Part shown: piece after piece, positions 8,244-15,468 of the stretch
Position numbering within the stretch: position 1 is the first letter of the stretch
Layout: every line of letters starts with the position of its first letter
Origin: a virus
Taxonomy: Duplodnaviria > Heunggongvirae > Uroviricota > Caudoviricetes
Strand: one strand, 5' to 3'
Virus record (IMG/VR): IMGVR_UViG_2563366943_000015
Length of the DNA: 21,542 bases
Position numbers and translations under genes: made by a program
Notes under the pieces: generated by a model
Seen by the model: the letters and a program-made list of their open reading frames with translations, nothing else
The model's database searches: none
Told to the model about the DNA's origin: nothing

Positions 8244-8416
8244 TCATCGCCCCACTCATCACAATATGCTTCGACCGGAGTTTTTCCTGCTTCATAATCA
8301 TCACGCCATGCTTCAGCATCAGCAGCACTGCCACCACGTAACTCTGCATAGTCCATTAACAGTTCATGCCATGCTTCAAAACTGACGTTGTATTTAGTTG
8401 AACCAAAATCAGCCAT
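8240..8416 (-). CDS. Small acidic protein, 58 aa (MADFGSTKYNVSFEAWHELLMDYAELRGGSAADAEAWRDDYEAGKTPVEAYCDEWGDE)
   Basis: Not in the ORF track (under 60 aa); translated by hand from the minus strand. ATG at 8416, stop overlaps the next ATG. About 15 Asp/Glu against 5 basic residues. Confidence 0.45.
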   Translation of the reverse strand: MADFGSTKYNVSFEAWHELLMDYAELRGGSAADAEAWRDDYEAGKTPVEAYCDEWGDE

Positions 8417-8591
8417 TTTGCTCTTCCTCTTCGTCTTTTATTTCGTGATATGAGTAATTGCAGTAGTTAAAGAAAATATCTTTAGCTTCATCCTGTATTT
8501 CATCTGGTGTTGCATCATCATCCACTTCGAATTCATCCTCGAAATCTCCACCGGCTATTCCCGTTTCAATAATTATTTTGAATTTTCGCAT
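8409..8591 (-). CDS. Small very acidic protein, 60 aa
   Basis: About 20 of 60 residues are Asp/Glu (FEDEFEVDDDATPDEIQDE...KDEEEEQNG). Confidence 0.5.
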   Translation of the reverse strand: MRKFKIIIETGIAGGDFEDEFEVDDDATPDEIQDEAKDIFFNYCNYSYHEIKDEEEEQNG

Positions 8592-8684
8592 TTCACTACC
8601 GCCCTTTCGGACGGCCTCCTGATGTTCTGAGGGTGCAGAAATCCCTCCGGTTAAGGATTAAATTTTTAACAGAGCTAAATTTAA

Positions 8685-9041
8685 TTATTCAGTTCTGGAT
8701 TTTGTCGCCCTGCGTATCCGCGCTTTCGCGTTACGCTCAATCTGAATTAGCTTTTCTATATTTTTTCGCCTTTCCCGCTCCTCCTGGCGCAAGTGCCTTA
8801 CATCATCTGCCAGTCTGGTTTCTCTTTTCGCCACAGAGAGCATCCAGTCAAATGGCTCCACAACTGCACCGCAGATTTTACAGCGGACCTGACGCTCTTT
8901 TTCGTCAACCCGGACAGAGGCGTGATGACAATATGGTCTTTCCGATGGCTCATAAAGAAAATTAACCTGATTACGAGGGTCATCCTCTTTTACCGGAAAT
9001 AAAACGATATTGCTTAACTCATCCTCTGGTTTTATTTCCAT
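8685..9041 (-). CDS. Hypothetical protein, 118 aa, with a Cys/His cluster and a basic C-terminus
   Basis: CHH...C...CxxC then an Arg/Lys-rich tail; RBS AAGGAGAGG before the ATG at 9041. Confidence 0.5.
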   Translation of the reverse strand: MEIKPEDELSNIVLFPVKEDDPRNQVNFLYEPSERPYCHHASVRVDEKERQVRCKICGAVVEPFDWMLSVAKRETRLADDVRHLRQEERERRKNIEKLIQIERNAKARIRRATKSRTE

Positions 9042-9480
9042 GCTCCTCTCCTTTGATGCGAATGCCAGAGACGCGTAATGCGTGTTCTAGGTCAATCAGG
9101 TAAAGCCAACTGCCATTTTCTTTAGGTATCATGACATGTCGCTCATCTGCATTTATCGGGTGTCCATATCGAAGGTCGTAGCGAGTCGGTAATTGAACTT
9201 CCCGCGCTTCCAGTTCAGCAATACGCTTGCTCCCATCAGAGATAACGCCTTCGTAATACTCACGCTGCTCTTTGAGTTGTGATTTTGCTTCTTCCAGTCC
9301 ATCCAGCAAATCAGCGATAATATCCGCTTCCCGATGACGGATGTGACGCTTAAACGCAGCAAGAGCCGCATCACAATCCCGTTCAGCATTTGGGCTGTCC
9401 GGGATAGCCTGATACCACGCCAGCGTCGACTGATAGTTTTGTGCTGCCTCACGAAGCGCCTCATAGTTAACCTCTCTCAT
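9019..9480 (-). CDS. Phage early protein, 153 aa (possibly Ead/Ea22-like)
   Basis: ATG overlaps the upstream stop (ATGA at 9480..9477); family call tentative. Confidence 0.5.
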   Translation of the reverse strand: MREVNYEALREAAQNYQSTLAWYQAIPDSPNAERDCDAALAAFKRHIRHREADIIADLLDGLEEAKSQLKEQREYYEGVISDGSKRIAELEAREVQLPTRYDLRYGHPINADERHVMIPKENGSWLYLIDLEHALRVSGIRIKGEEHGNKTRG

Positions 9481-9773
9481 TGAGCCACCTCCTGATAAAT
9501 CACTGCATGCCCCAGTTTCTCCGCCAGTGCCAGCTCTGCCTTAGCGCCCGCTGACCGCTGCCAGCCATTCAGCATGTAAATCGCATCCACACAACGAATC
9601 ATTGCCATGCAAATATCCATGTAGTGCGGCTGTGTCAGCCCGTCCGGAAGTACTGCCGGGTTTAAGACGGTATGCCCTTCCCGTTTCAGTTCCTCTTCCG
9701 CCTTGTGAAACGCCTCACGGTTGAAATTTTCATATCCCGTCATTGGACCGGCAATATAAACTCTGACCCTCAC
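9477..9773 (-). CDS. DUF4406 / nucleoside 2-deoxyribosyltransferase-like protein, about 98 aa
   Basis: YIAGPMTG motif; GTG start at 9773..9771 with AGGAGG 7 nt upstream, overlapping the upstream TGA (GTGA). Confidence 0.5.
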   Translation of the reverse strand: MRVRVYIAGPMTGYENFNREAFHKAEEELKREGHTVLNPAVLPDGLTQPHYMDICMAMIRCVDAIYMLNGWQRSAGAKAELALAEKLGHAVIYQEVAQ

Positions 9774-10162
9774 TCCATCACCTCCTGAAAGTTTCCCCGA
9801 TAGAACGCCAGCACACGCTGCATAACTTCGCTCTGGCGGCACTCACGACAAATTATGTTCTGCCGTCTGTTGTAACGACGTATTTCTCCGTCAGGTAACT
9901 TTCGAATCAGTGTCGGGTCAGCAGCCTTCTCCGGTGTCTTACGCCATACGCGATACGCCTGCTCTGATGGAAATACCCCGCAACCAGAGAGCCAGACATC
10001 ACCACTGGCCGCAAGCGCACCAGATAAACGACGAATAGCGGTCTTACTGACACCCGTTTTATCTGCCAGTTGTCGAAAAGTTTCTCGTCCGCTCAGGCGC
10101 ACGAATTCCACAATGCGCGCCTTCACTTCTTCCCGCTCTTCTGGTGTAAATACTTTTGCCAT
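9770..10162 (-). CDS. Putative HTH DNA-binding protein, 130 aa
   Basis: ATG at 10162 with RBS GGAGG; helix-turn-helix-like segment FRQLADKTGVSKTAIRRL; CxxC near the C-terminus. Confidence 0.5.
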   Translation of the reverse strand: MAKVFTPEEREEVKARIVEFVRLSGRETFRQLADKTGVSKTAIRRLSGALAASGDVWLSGCGVFPSEQAYRVWRKTPEKAADPTLIRKLPDGEIRRYNRRQNIICRECRQSEVMQRVLAFYRGNFQEVME

Positions 10163-10177
10163 AAGCGCCTCCGGCAA

Positions 10178-10939
10178 TCACTTTTCCGATACAACACGGC
10201 GGGAAGAATCAGTAATCTGTCGAACAATATCCCGGTGCTTGTTCAGCTCCCGCAGCGCAGCACAGACTCGCTCCCACTTCTGGACATCACTTTTCGCCCG
10301 GCGCAGCTCGCGGTTAGCCACATGCAGCGATGGTAGAATCAGGTCATCTGCTTTCATTTCGGTGATCGATGGCTGTAACCTCACAATGTCTTCCACGATT
10401 TCTGTTTTCATTTCTTCCTGTGCCATCATTTCCTGTACTGGTAACGCAACACCTGCTGGCTGAGGAAAGGCTTTACCATCGGTTTCCGCTACGGATGCAG
10501 CTTCCGGCTCTGCCGGTAAATCAGCACCCGGTATGCAGTAACGAAATTTACCGCCCTGATTCACGCGAATCAGACGCCCTTTGCTGATTGCCATTGCCAG
10601 CGTTGAAGCCACTTTGCGTGATGTGATGCCGAAAAACGTAGCCAGTTCATCCGCCGTTTGTGGTCCGCGTTGTTCAATCGTTGCGGTTAAATCGCACTCT
10701 GAGATTTTCGCTACTGTCGCCGTGGTGGTTTCTTCCGGCTGTTCTTCTGGCGCTGGCTGTTCCTGCTGAACGTTGTTATCAGCCACACGCCAGGTGTATA
10801 CGCTTTTATCAACGAAACCAGCCTTTTTCAGTTCCCACAGCTCGTTCAGTACCTCTTCACGACTGATATCAAGTCGCGCAGCCAGTTCTACCGACGTGGC
10901 TTTTCCCATTGCTTTCAGTGCGTCAAAAACAGTCTCCAT
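10178..10939 (-). CDS. Phage protein with two winged-helix-like repeats, 253 aa (DUF1627-like)
   Basis: Start taken at ATG 10939 ([11 protein letters not shown]...) with GGAGG 7 nt upstream, which avoids overlap with the DnaC-like gene; the track start at 10990 is less likely. Confidence 0.55.
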   Translation of the reverse strand: METVFDALKAMGKATSVELAARLDISREEVLNELWELKKAGFVDKSVYTWRVADNNVQQEQPAPEEQPEETTTATVAKISECDLTATIEQRGPQTADELATFFGITSRKVASTLAMAISKGRLIRVNQGGKFRYCIPGADLPAEPEAASVAETDGKAFPQPAGVALPVQEMMAQEEMKTEIVEDIVRLQPSITEMKADDLILPSLHVANRELRRAKSDVQKWERVCAALRELNKHRDIVRQITDSSRRVVSEK

Positions 10940-10961
10940 TAAAATTTCCTCCAGGTAAAAA

Positions 10962-11708
10962 TCACTTCGCAATTCCTGGCTGGACGACATTCGGACGCCA
11001 GCTCTCCCAGTTAAAATTCACCCATCGCCCGCCGTTCATGGTCATGCGATCCATAATCCTCTCGCCGAGCAATGTTTTCATGGCCTCATAGTTCAGGTTT
11101 GTCAGCATCCCCACGCTGCGCATCGACGCTGTCCGGCGATCAACAATCTGGTGCAGCACCACCTGCTCGTTTTTTGTCTCGCGCTGAATGCCAATTTCAT
11201 CAAGAACCAGCAGATCCACTTCGCACAGCTCCCGCAAAAATTTTTCGCCTGACTGCCCGTCGTCATAGCTGGCGTGCAGGGCGCTCATAACATCAGCCAC
11301 GGTAACCACAATCACTGTCTGACCGTCTTTCAGCAGGCGATTCCCGATAGCTGCCGCTAAGTGATTCTTCCCGGTACCAGGTTTTCCGCTGAACGCAAAA
11401 TTTGTACACCCGGTCATCAGTTCATCGGTGATGGATTTCGCCTGACTTAACGCGTATCGCTGGCCGTCGTTCTGCACCTGGTAATTCGCAAACGAGCATT
11501 TACGGTGCAACGGCTGGATGCCAGAGCGATTCAGAATTTTTTCCACCCGCAACTGACGATTCAGGCGGTTGATCTCCTCGCAACGTTTCTGGCCTTCAGC
11601 AAGTTGCCACTCACGCCACTCCGCAACCGTTCTGAATGGGGCGGTTACATGTGGTGGGGTCAGTCTGCGGATACGCTCCAGAACGCCGCCTGTCGCAATA
11701 TTTTTCAT
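10962..11708 (-). CDS. DnaC-like helicase loader / replication protein (YdaV-like), 248 aa
   Basis: Walker [16 protein letters not shown] and Walker B LLVLDEIG; position after the O-like gene. Confidence 0.85.
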   Translation of the reverse strand: MKNIATGGVLERIRRLTPPHVTAPFRTVAEWREWQLAEGQKRCEEINRLNRQLRVEKILNRSGIQPLHRKCSFANYQVQNDGQRYALSQAKSITDELMTGCTNFAFSGKPGTGKNHLAAAIGNRLLKDGQTVIVVTVADVMSALHASYDDGQSGEKFLRELCEVDLLVLDEIGIQRETKNEQVVLHQIVDRRTASMRSVGMLTNLNYEAMKTLLGERIMDRMTMNGGRWVNFNWESWRPNVVQPGIAK

Positions 11709-11714
11709 GGTCTG

Positions 11715-12503
11715 TTACCCCCTGAAGCCTGGCGGGATCGCACTGTCCGGCAACGAGACGGTGTTAACCTGTCGGAGCAACGTCTCAGGCCGAACACCTT
11801 TCGGTGCGAACAAGCCCTGGTATTCATTGGCGATGCTGTGTCGAATCACCTGCTCAGGTGTAAAACCCTGCTGACGGAATTTTTCCAGTTCCCGTATCGC
11901 CCCGTTAGCGCCCTGCTCCGTTCGAATCGGTTTTCGCAATGCCTGCCTGAACTGAACCCACTCATGCCAGAGTGTTTCCGGCAACCAGTCAGGCAGCTCG
12001 ATAGCCTCCGGCTCGAATTTTTTAGACGCTCGTTTTTGGCGAGGGGGATTTAGGGGGAGATCAGTATTTATATCTTCCTCTTCCTCTTCCTCTGGTAACG
12101 CTTTTTGATCCGTTTGTGTAACGCTGGCAGCGTTACCCTTTCGTTTCAGTTCGCGTATTTTTGTAACTCGCTCGTTTGTAACCGCCCGTTTTTTTGAGCT
12201 TTTTCCGTTATGACGTTCAAAGTTAGGTAGAGAAAGCCCAACGTCATTTTCGACCAGCCATCCAACCTGAATTAACGCATCAGCAAAACCAGCCATAAAA
12301 GTGATGCGATCTATTGCACTTTTTGTAACGCCGCGAGCGTTACAATCTGCATTACCGTCTATCATTTGTTGATCCGCCCATGCCCAGAAGCGAATAACCT
12401 TCCCTAATGCGGCATCTGGATCAATATTCAGAATCTCAGCAAGCCTGAATATTTCCGGCTTATCCGGCGTAATAACCTCGAGCTTTATCCAGTTTGAAGC
12501 CAT
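11715..12503 (-). CDS. Replication initiator O-like protein (YdaU-like), 262 aa
   Basis: Position downstream of the Cro/CII-like genes and upstream of the DnaC-like gene; RBS AAGGTGA; poly-Glu linker; contains palindromic repeats (see repeat features). Confidence 0.65.
   Translation of the reverse strand: MASNWIKLEVITPDKPEIFRLAEILNIDPDAALGKVIRFWAWADQQMIDGNADCNARGVTKSAIDRITFMAGFADALIQVGWLVENDVGLSLPNFERHNGKSSKKRAVTNERVTKIRELKRKGNAASVTQTDQKALPEEEEEEDINTDLPLNPPRQKRASKKFEPEAIELPDWLPETLWHEWVQFRQALRKPIRTEQGANGAIRELEKFRQQGFTPEQVIRHSIANEYQGLFAPKGVRPETLLRQVNTVSLPDSAIPPGFRG
12118..12136. repeat. 19-bp palindrome GTAACGC-TGGCA-GCGTTAC (copy 1, inside the O-like gene)
   Basis: Perfect 7-bp inverted arms; extra half-sites GTAACGC at 12096..12102 and TGTAAC at 12162..12167 and 12177..12182. 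Confidence 0.7.
12325..12343. repeat. 19-bp palindrome GTAACGC-CGCGA-GCGTTAC (copy 2, inside the O-like gene)
   Basis: Perfect 7-bp inverted arms. Confidence 0.7.
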
Positions 12504-12516
12504 TTGTTTTCACCTT

Positions 12517-12535
12517 GTAACGCTCGCGTCGTTAC
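12517..12535. repeat. 19-bp palindrome GTAACGC-TCGCG-TCGTTAC (copy 3, abutting the O-like gene RBS)
   Basis: One mismatch in the right arm; directly upstream of the RBS at 12509..12516. Confidence 0.65.
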
Positions 12536-12580
12536 ATTTAACTGATACCGAACAAAACAATCCGGCACGATTAATTTCAA

Positions 12581-13006
12581 TCAATGCACTACGACAGAAT
12601 CGCCGGGCGACCCACCACCGCTGAAATGTGCTTTCCGGTAAACGGCCTGGACTGCATCATCATGCGCATCAATTGCCGTACTCAACGCTTCCTGCGCCGC
12701 CAGTAATGCACGGCGTTCCAGGGTATCGAAGATGCAGAGTCGGTGACGCAGCTCGCGCGGAAGAATTGCCAGAACCGCAGGGATCAGTTTCTGAATTTTT
12801 TCCCTTTGCGCTTTCGTTTCACCTTTCAACCAACGGTGATAGATATTCTGCTGATTGTTCCAGTCCTTGCCTGGTATAAGGGGCAATTCGCCGCCCCCCC
12901 CCTGGCGCAGATATTCTTCAGTAATTGCGTTAGCGACCCACGCCTGCCCTTTTTCGGCTGCCAGGGCTAACAACACTGATTCGATGTGCTTATGCCTGAT
13001 TTTCAT
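12581..13006 (-). CDS. ydaT: YdaT-like protein (CII-like regulator, reported as toxic), 141 aa
   Basis: MKIRHKHIESVLLALAAEKGQAWVANAITEEYLRQGG... resembles Rac YdaT from memory; ATGA overlap with the Cro-like gene. Confidence 0.7.
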   Translation of the reverse strand: MKIRHKHIESVLLALAAEKGQAWVANAITEEYLRQGGGGELPLIPGKDWNNQQNIYHRWLKGETKAQREKIQKLIPAVLAILPRELRHRLCIFDTLERRALLAAQEALSTAIDAHDDAVQAVYRKAHFSGGGSPGDSVVVH

Positions 13007-13245
13007 GAATCAACCGCTCCTATGCTGTTTTCGCTATGCTTACCGTCTGGGGGGAATACATCGTCAAGTCCACAATGAGCGCCAAGCCGATTAAGGGTAG
13101 AAACAATTTTTCTGCACTCCTCTAGTCCAGGGGTACGAAAATTTGCTTCGTAATTTGCCAGTCGGCTTTGTATCCACCCTAACTGAACAGCAAGTTGTCT
13201 TTGAGACAGCCCAAGCTGTTTTCGATATGTTGAAATTTTGTTCAT
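13003..13245 (-). CDS. ydaS: Cro-like HTH (XRE) regulator, YdaS-like, 80 aa
   Basis: HTH QLGLSQRQLAVQLGWIQSRLANYE; divergent from the repressor; RBS GGAGG 6 nt upstream. Confidence 0.75.
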   Translation of the reverse strand: MNKISTYRKQLGLSQRQLAVQLGWIQSRLANYEANFRTPGLEECRKIVSTLNRLGAHCGLDDVFPPDGKHSENSIGAVDS

Positions 13246-13341
13246 TGAAAACCTCCGATGACAATTTTAAACACACCTTGTGTTATATGGTCAAGCTATT
13301 TTGTGTTTTATGTAAATCACGATTCGTGATACAAGGATGCA
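13246..13341. promoter_or_regulatory. Immunity-region operator/promoter segment (OR-like) between the Cro-like and repressor genes
   Basis: Two 15-bp palindromes: AACACAcctTGTGTT (13270..13284) and ATCACGattCGTGAT (13316..13330); minus-strand -35 TTGACC with a -10-like TTTAAA/TAAAAT element for the Cro-like gene. Confidence 0.6.
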
Positions 13342-13761
13342 ATGGAAAAAGAAAACGAAAAAATTGCCGCTAGTAGGCTCAATGACAAAATTGCAATGCG
13401 TCTTAAAGAGCGCAGGCAGAAGCTTGGTTTATCTCAAGGAAAACTTGCTGAAATCTGCGGATGGACGCAATCGCGTATAGGTAACTATGAGGCGGGCAGC
13501 AGAAATGTTGGAGTGCATGACGCTGTCATATTGGGAAAGGCACTTGGCATATCTCCTCCTGAGCTCCTCTTTGGAGAACAGGAATCTTCTGAATTGTGGT
13601 TAAATGAATCCCAACGAAAACTTCTTGAGTTGTTTAACCAGCTACCGGGCTCAGAACAACAACGAATGATTGAGCTATTTGAAGTCCGGCTAAAAGAAAT
13701 CGATGAGTATGTAGAAAAATATTTGAGAGGCAGGCTTAAAGATAATCCCCCACCGGAGTAA
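13342..13761 (+). CDS. racR: Prophage repressor, RacR-like, HTH (XRE), 139 aa
   Basis: N-terminal HTH LGLSQGKLAEICGWTQSRIGNYE; divergent arrangement with the Cro-like gene; no LexA-like peptidase motif seen. Confidence 0.7.
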   Translation: MEKENEKIAASRLNDKIAMRLKERRQKLGLSQGKLAEICGWTQSRIGNYEAGSRNVGVHDAVILGKALGISPPELLFGEQESSELWLNESQRKLLELFNQLPGSEQQRMIELFEVRLKEIDEYVEKYLRGRLKDNPPPE

Positions 13762-13791
13762 TGATCTTGCTATCACAGTAATATGCCAATC

Positions 13792-13816
13792 AGCCCGCTA
13801 TCAGCGGGCTTTTTTG
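13792..13816 (+). terminator. Intrinsic terminator after the repressor gene
   Basis: agcccgc-tatca-gcgggct followed by TTTTT. Confidence 0.6.
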
Positions 13817-13844
13817 TACCATCATCATATGACACCCACCACAA

Positions 13845-13886
13845 AACACATTCCGTGTTGACACAAGAAAACGTATTGTGTTTAAT
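13845..13886 (+). promoter_or_regulatory. pL-like early-left promoter with overlapping operator
   Basis: -35 TTGACA (13858..13863), 17-bp spacer, -10 TTTAAT (13881..13886); operator-like AACACAttcCGTGTT (13845..13859) overlaps the -35. Confidence 0.6.
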
Positions 13887-14066
13887 AAGCATATCCAAAC
13901 AACGCCCCACCAGAGAACGGCAGGACAATACCTCGAGTTATCCAGCCACTGAACAGGGCTAAGTAGCCAGCCTGAGGCATACGAACATGACGGCAGTTGT
14001 TGATTGATACAAAGCGCAGTAGATAAAACGTTCCGCCACCCGGCGTTAAGGGGAAATGAGGTCAAC

Positions 14067-14219
14067 ATGGATACTATCGATCTTGGCAACAACGAATCTC
14101 TGGTATGTGGCGTGTTTCCCAATCAGGACGGCACATTCACCGCCATGACGTATACCAAAAGCAAAACGTTTAAAACCGAAGCTGGCGCACGTCGCTGGCT
14201 TGCCAGAAATACTTGCTAA
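14067..14219 (+). CDS. ydaF: YdaF-like small protein, 50 aa
   Basis: MDTIDLGNNESLVCGVFPNQDGTFTAMTYTKSKTFKTE... resembles Rac YdaF from memory; RBS GAGG. Confidence 0.55.
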   Translation: MDTIDLGNNESLVCGVFPNQDGTFTAMTYTKSKTFKTEAGARRWLARNTC

Positions 14220-14401
14220 TCCATTATTTGGATTAATTCAATATTCTCGCTGTAGGGGTATAGCAGAAACCACCAAAGCCCGGAGGTGGTGAAATAAAAC
14301 CGGGCACAACACGAAGGCGCATTTCCGATATCCATAAAGAGTCGTTCTTGTCTGTTAAATTTAAATGGTGGGAGTGCGCCTCCGGTTGTAAATAACGACA
14401 T
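14216..14401 (-). CDS. Short minus-strand ORF in the slot where Rac carries sieB (possible remnant)
   Basis: 61-aa ORF only, with one hydrophobic stretch; an intact ~160-aa gene is not present. Confidence 0.2.
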   Translation of the reverse strand: MSLFTTGGALPPFKFNRQERLFMDIGNAPSCCARFYFTTSGLWWFLLYPYSENIELIQIMD

Positions 14402-14627
14402 TGCTATGTGTAGTCTTTGGCGGCATCAGTTCTACTCCGTGGCTGCCCTGCCGCCCCTTTTTAAAGTGAATTTTGTGATGCAGTGAATGCGGCTAAGCGC
14501 ACGCGGCACAGTTAAAAGCATCAGTGTTATGGGTGGATTATCCGGCGTTAATTGTTAACTGGTTAACGTCACCTGGAGGCACCAGGCACCGCATCGACAA
14601 AATTCATTTGTAAAAATGGAGATAATT

Positions 14628-14849
14628 ATGATTGCTCATCACTTCGGAACTGATGAAATACCACGTCAGTGTGTGACCCCTGGCGATTATGTTCTTCATG
14701 AAGGTCGGACATATATCGCCTCGGCAAACAATATTAAAAAGCGAAAACTTTATATTCGTAGCCTGACTACAAAAACATGCATTTCTGACTGCATGATTAA
14801 AGTCTTCCTCGGTCGTGATGGTTTACCTGTAAAGGCGGAGTCATGGTAA
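14628..14849 (+). CDS. kilR: KilR-like cell-division inhibitor, 73 aa
   Basis: [32 protein letters not shown]... matches Rac KilR from memory. Confidence 0.7.
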   Translation: MIAHHFGTDEIPRQCVTPGDYVLHEGRTYIASANNIKKRKLYIRSLTTKTCISDCMIKVFLGRDGLPVKAESW

Positions 14850-15019
14850 TGACTAAGAAAATAAAATGTGCTTATCACCTTTGCAATAAAGAAATTGAAG
14901 AAAGCAAAATCATTACAAGACCACTTCATTTCATGCGTGGAGTTATACCAACGACGGAAATGAAAAAATATTGTAGTGAAATCTGTGCCGAAAAAGACCA
15001 GATGGCACACGAACTTTAA
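14849..15019 (+). CDS. ydaE: YdaE-like small Cys-rich protein, 56 aa
   Basis: [19 protein letters not shown]...YCSEICAEKDQMAHEL; not in the ORF track (under 60 aa); TAATG overlap with kilR; RBS GGAG 8 nt upstream. Confidence 0.6.
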   Translation: MTKKIKCAYHLCNKEIEESKIITRPLHFMRGVIPTTEMKKYCSEICAEKDQMAHEL

Positions 15020-15093
15020 TTAACTGACTATCCGAAACTGAATTTATGCCAGCAATGGCAGGGATTCGCTCAACCTTAATTAAGGAGAAAAAC

Positions 15094-15369
15094 ATGATTA
15101 CCAGTTATGAAGCCACTGTTGTTACTACTGATGACATTGTTCACGAAGTTACCCTGGAAGGAAAGCGTATTGGCTACGTGATTAAGACAGAAAATAAAGA
15201 AACCCCATTCACTGTGGTTGATATCGACGGTCCATCAGGCAACGTTAAAACACTTAACGATGGTGTTAAAAAAATGTGTCTGGTGCACATAGGAAAGAAT
15301 CTGCCCGCAGAAAAAAAAGCCGAATTTCTGGCAACTCTGATTGCAATGAAATTAAAAGGTGAAATCTGA
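15094..15369 (+). CDS. racC: RacC-like protein, 91 aa
   Basis: MITSYEATVVTTDDIVHEV... ; RBS AAGGAG at 15082..15087. Confidence 0.65.
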   Translation: MITSYEATVVTTDDIVHEVTLEGKRIGYVIKTENKETPFTVVDIDGPSGNVKTLNDGVKKMCLVHIGKNLPAEKKAEFLATLIAMKLKGEI

Positions 15370-15379
15370 AAAAAAGAAA

Positions 15380-15398
15380 GCCTGCACACTGTGCAGGC
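15380..15398. promoter_or_regulatory. 8-bp stem hairpin between racC and recE
   Basis: gcctgcac-act-gtgcaggc; A-rich on the 5' side and no T run on the 3' side in plus orientation, so it would act as a terminator only for minus-strand transcripts. Confidence 0.4.
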
Positions 15399-15468
15399 CT
15401 GAGTGAAGAACCTGGGACATTTATTCATCACTCGCATTAATTTTAATCTGAGTTGAGGTTAAAAAGCA

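Noticed and set aside
8633-9002. Plus-strand ORFs (8633..8965, 8793..9002) and the minus 8798..8983 ORF
   Set aside because: Antisense to or out of frame with the RBS-supported Cys/His-cluster gene at 8685..9041.
9153-9464. 103-aa minus-strand ORF in an alternative frame of the 153-aa gene
   Set aside because: Entirely nested in a coupled gene; no independent start signal.
10070-11290. Plus-strand ORFs of 60-116 aa opposite the winged-helix and DnaC-like genes
   Set aside because: Antisense to genes with clear motifs (Walker A/B) or RBSs; Ser/Arg-rich translations.
11505-12053. 182-aa and 101-aa plus-strand ORFs opposite the O-like and DnaC-like genes
   Set aside because: Span the boundary of two coupled minus-strand genes; no RBS; likely a GC-skew artefact.
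12628-13276. Plus-strand ORFs opposite ydaT/ydaS and the 61-aa minus ORF at 13091..13276
   Set aside because: Antisense to, or overlapping, the HTH-supported Cro-like gene and its operator region.
13790-14122. 110-aa minus-strand ORF across the pL-like promoter and the ydaF start
   Set aside because: Overlaps a near-consensus promoter and terminator; no RBS; runs opposite to the early-left operon.
15174-15437. 87-aa minus-strand ORF over racC
   Set aside because: Antisense to racC and ends in the inter-genic hairpin.
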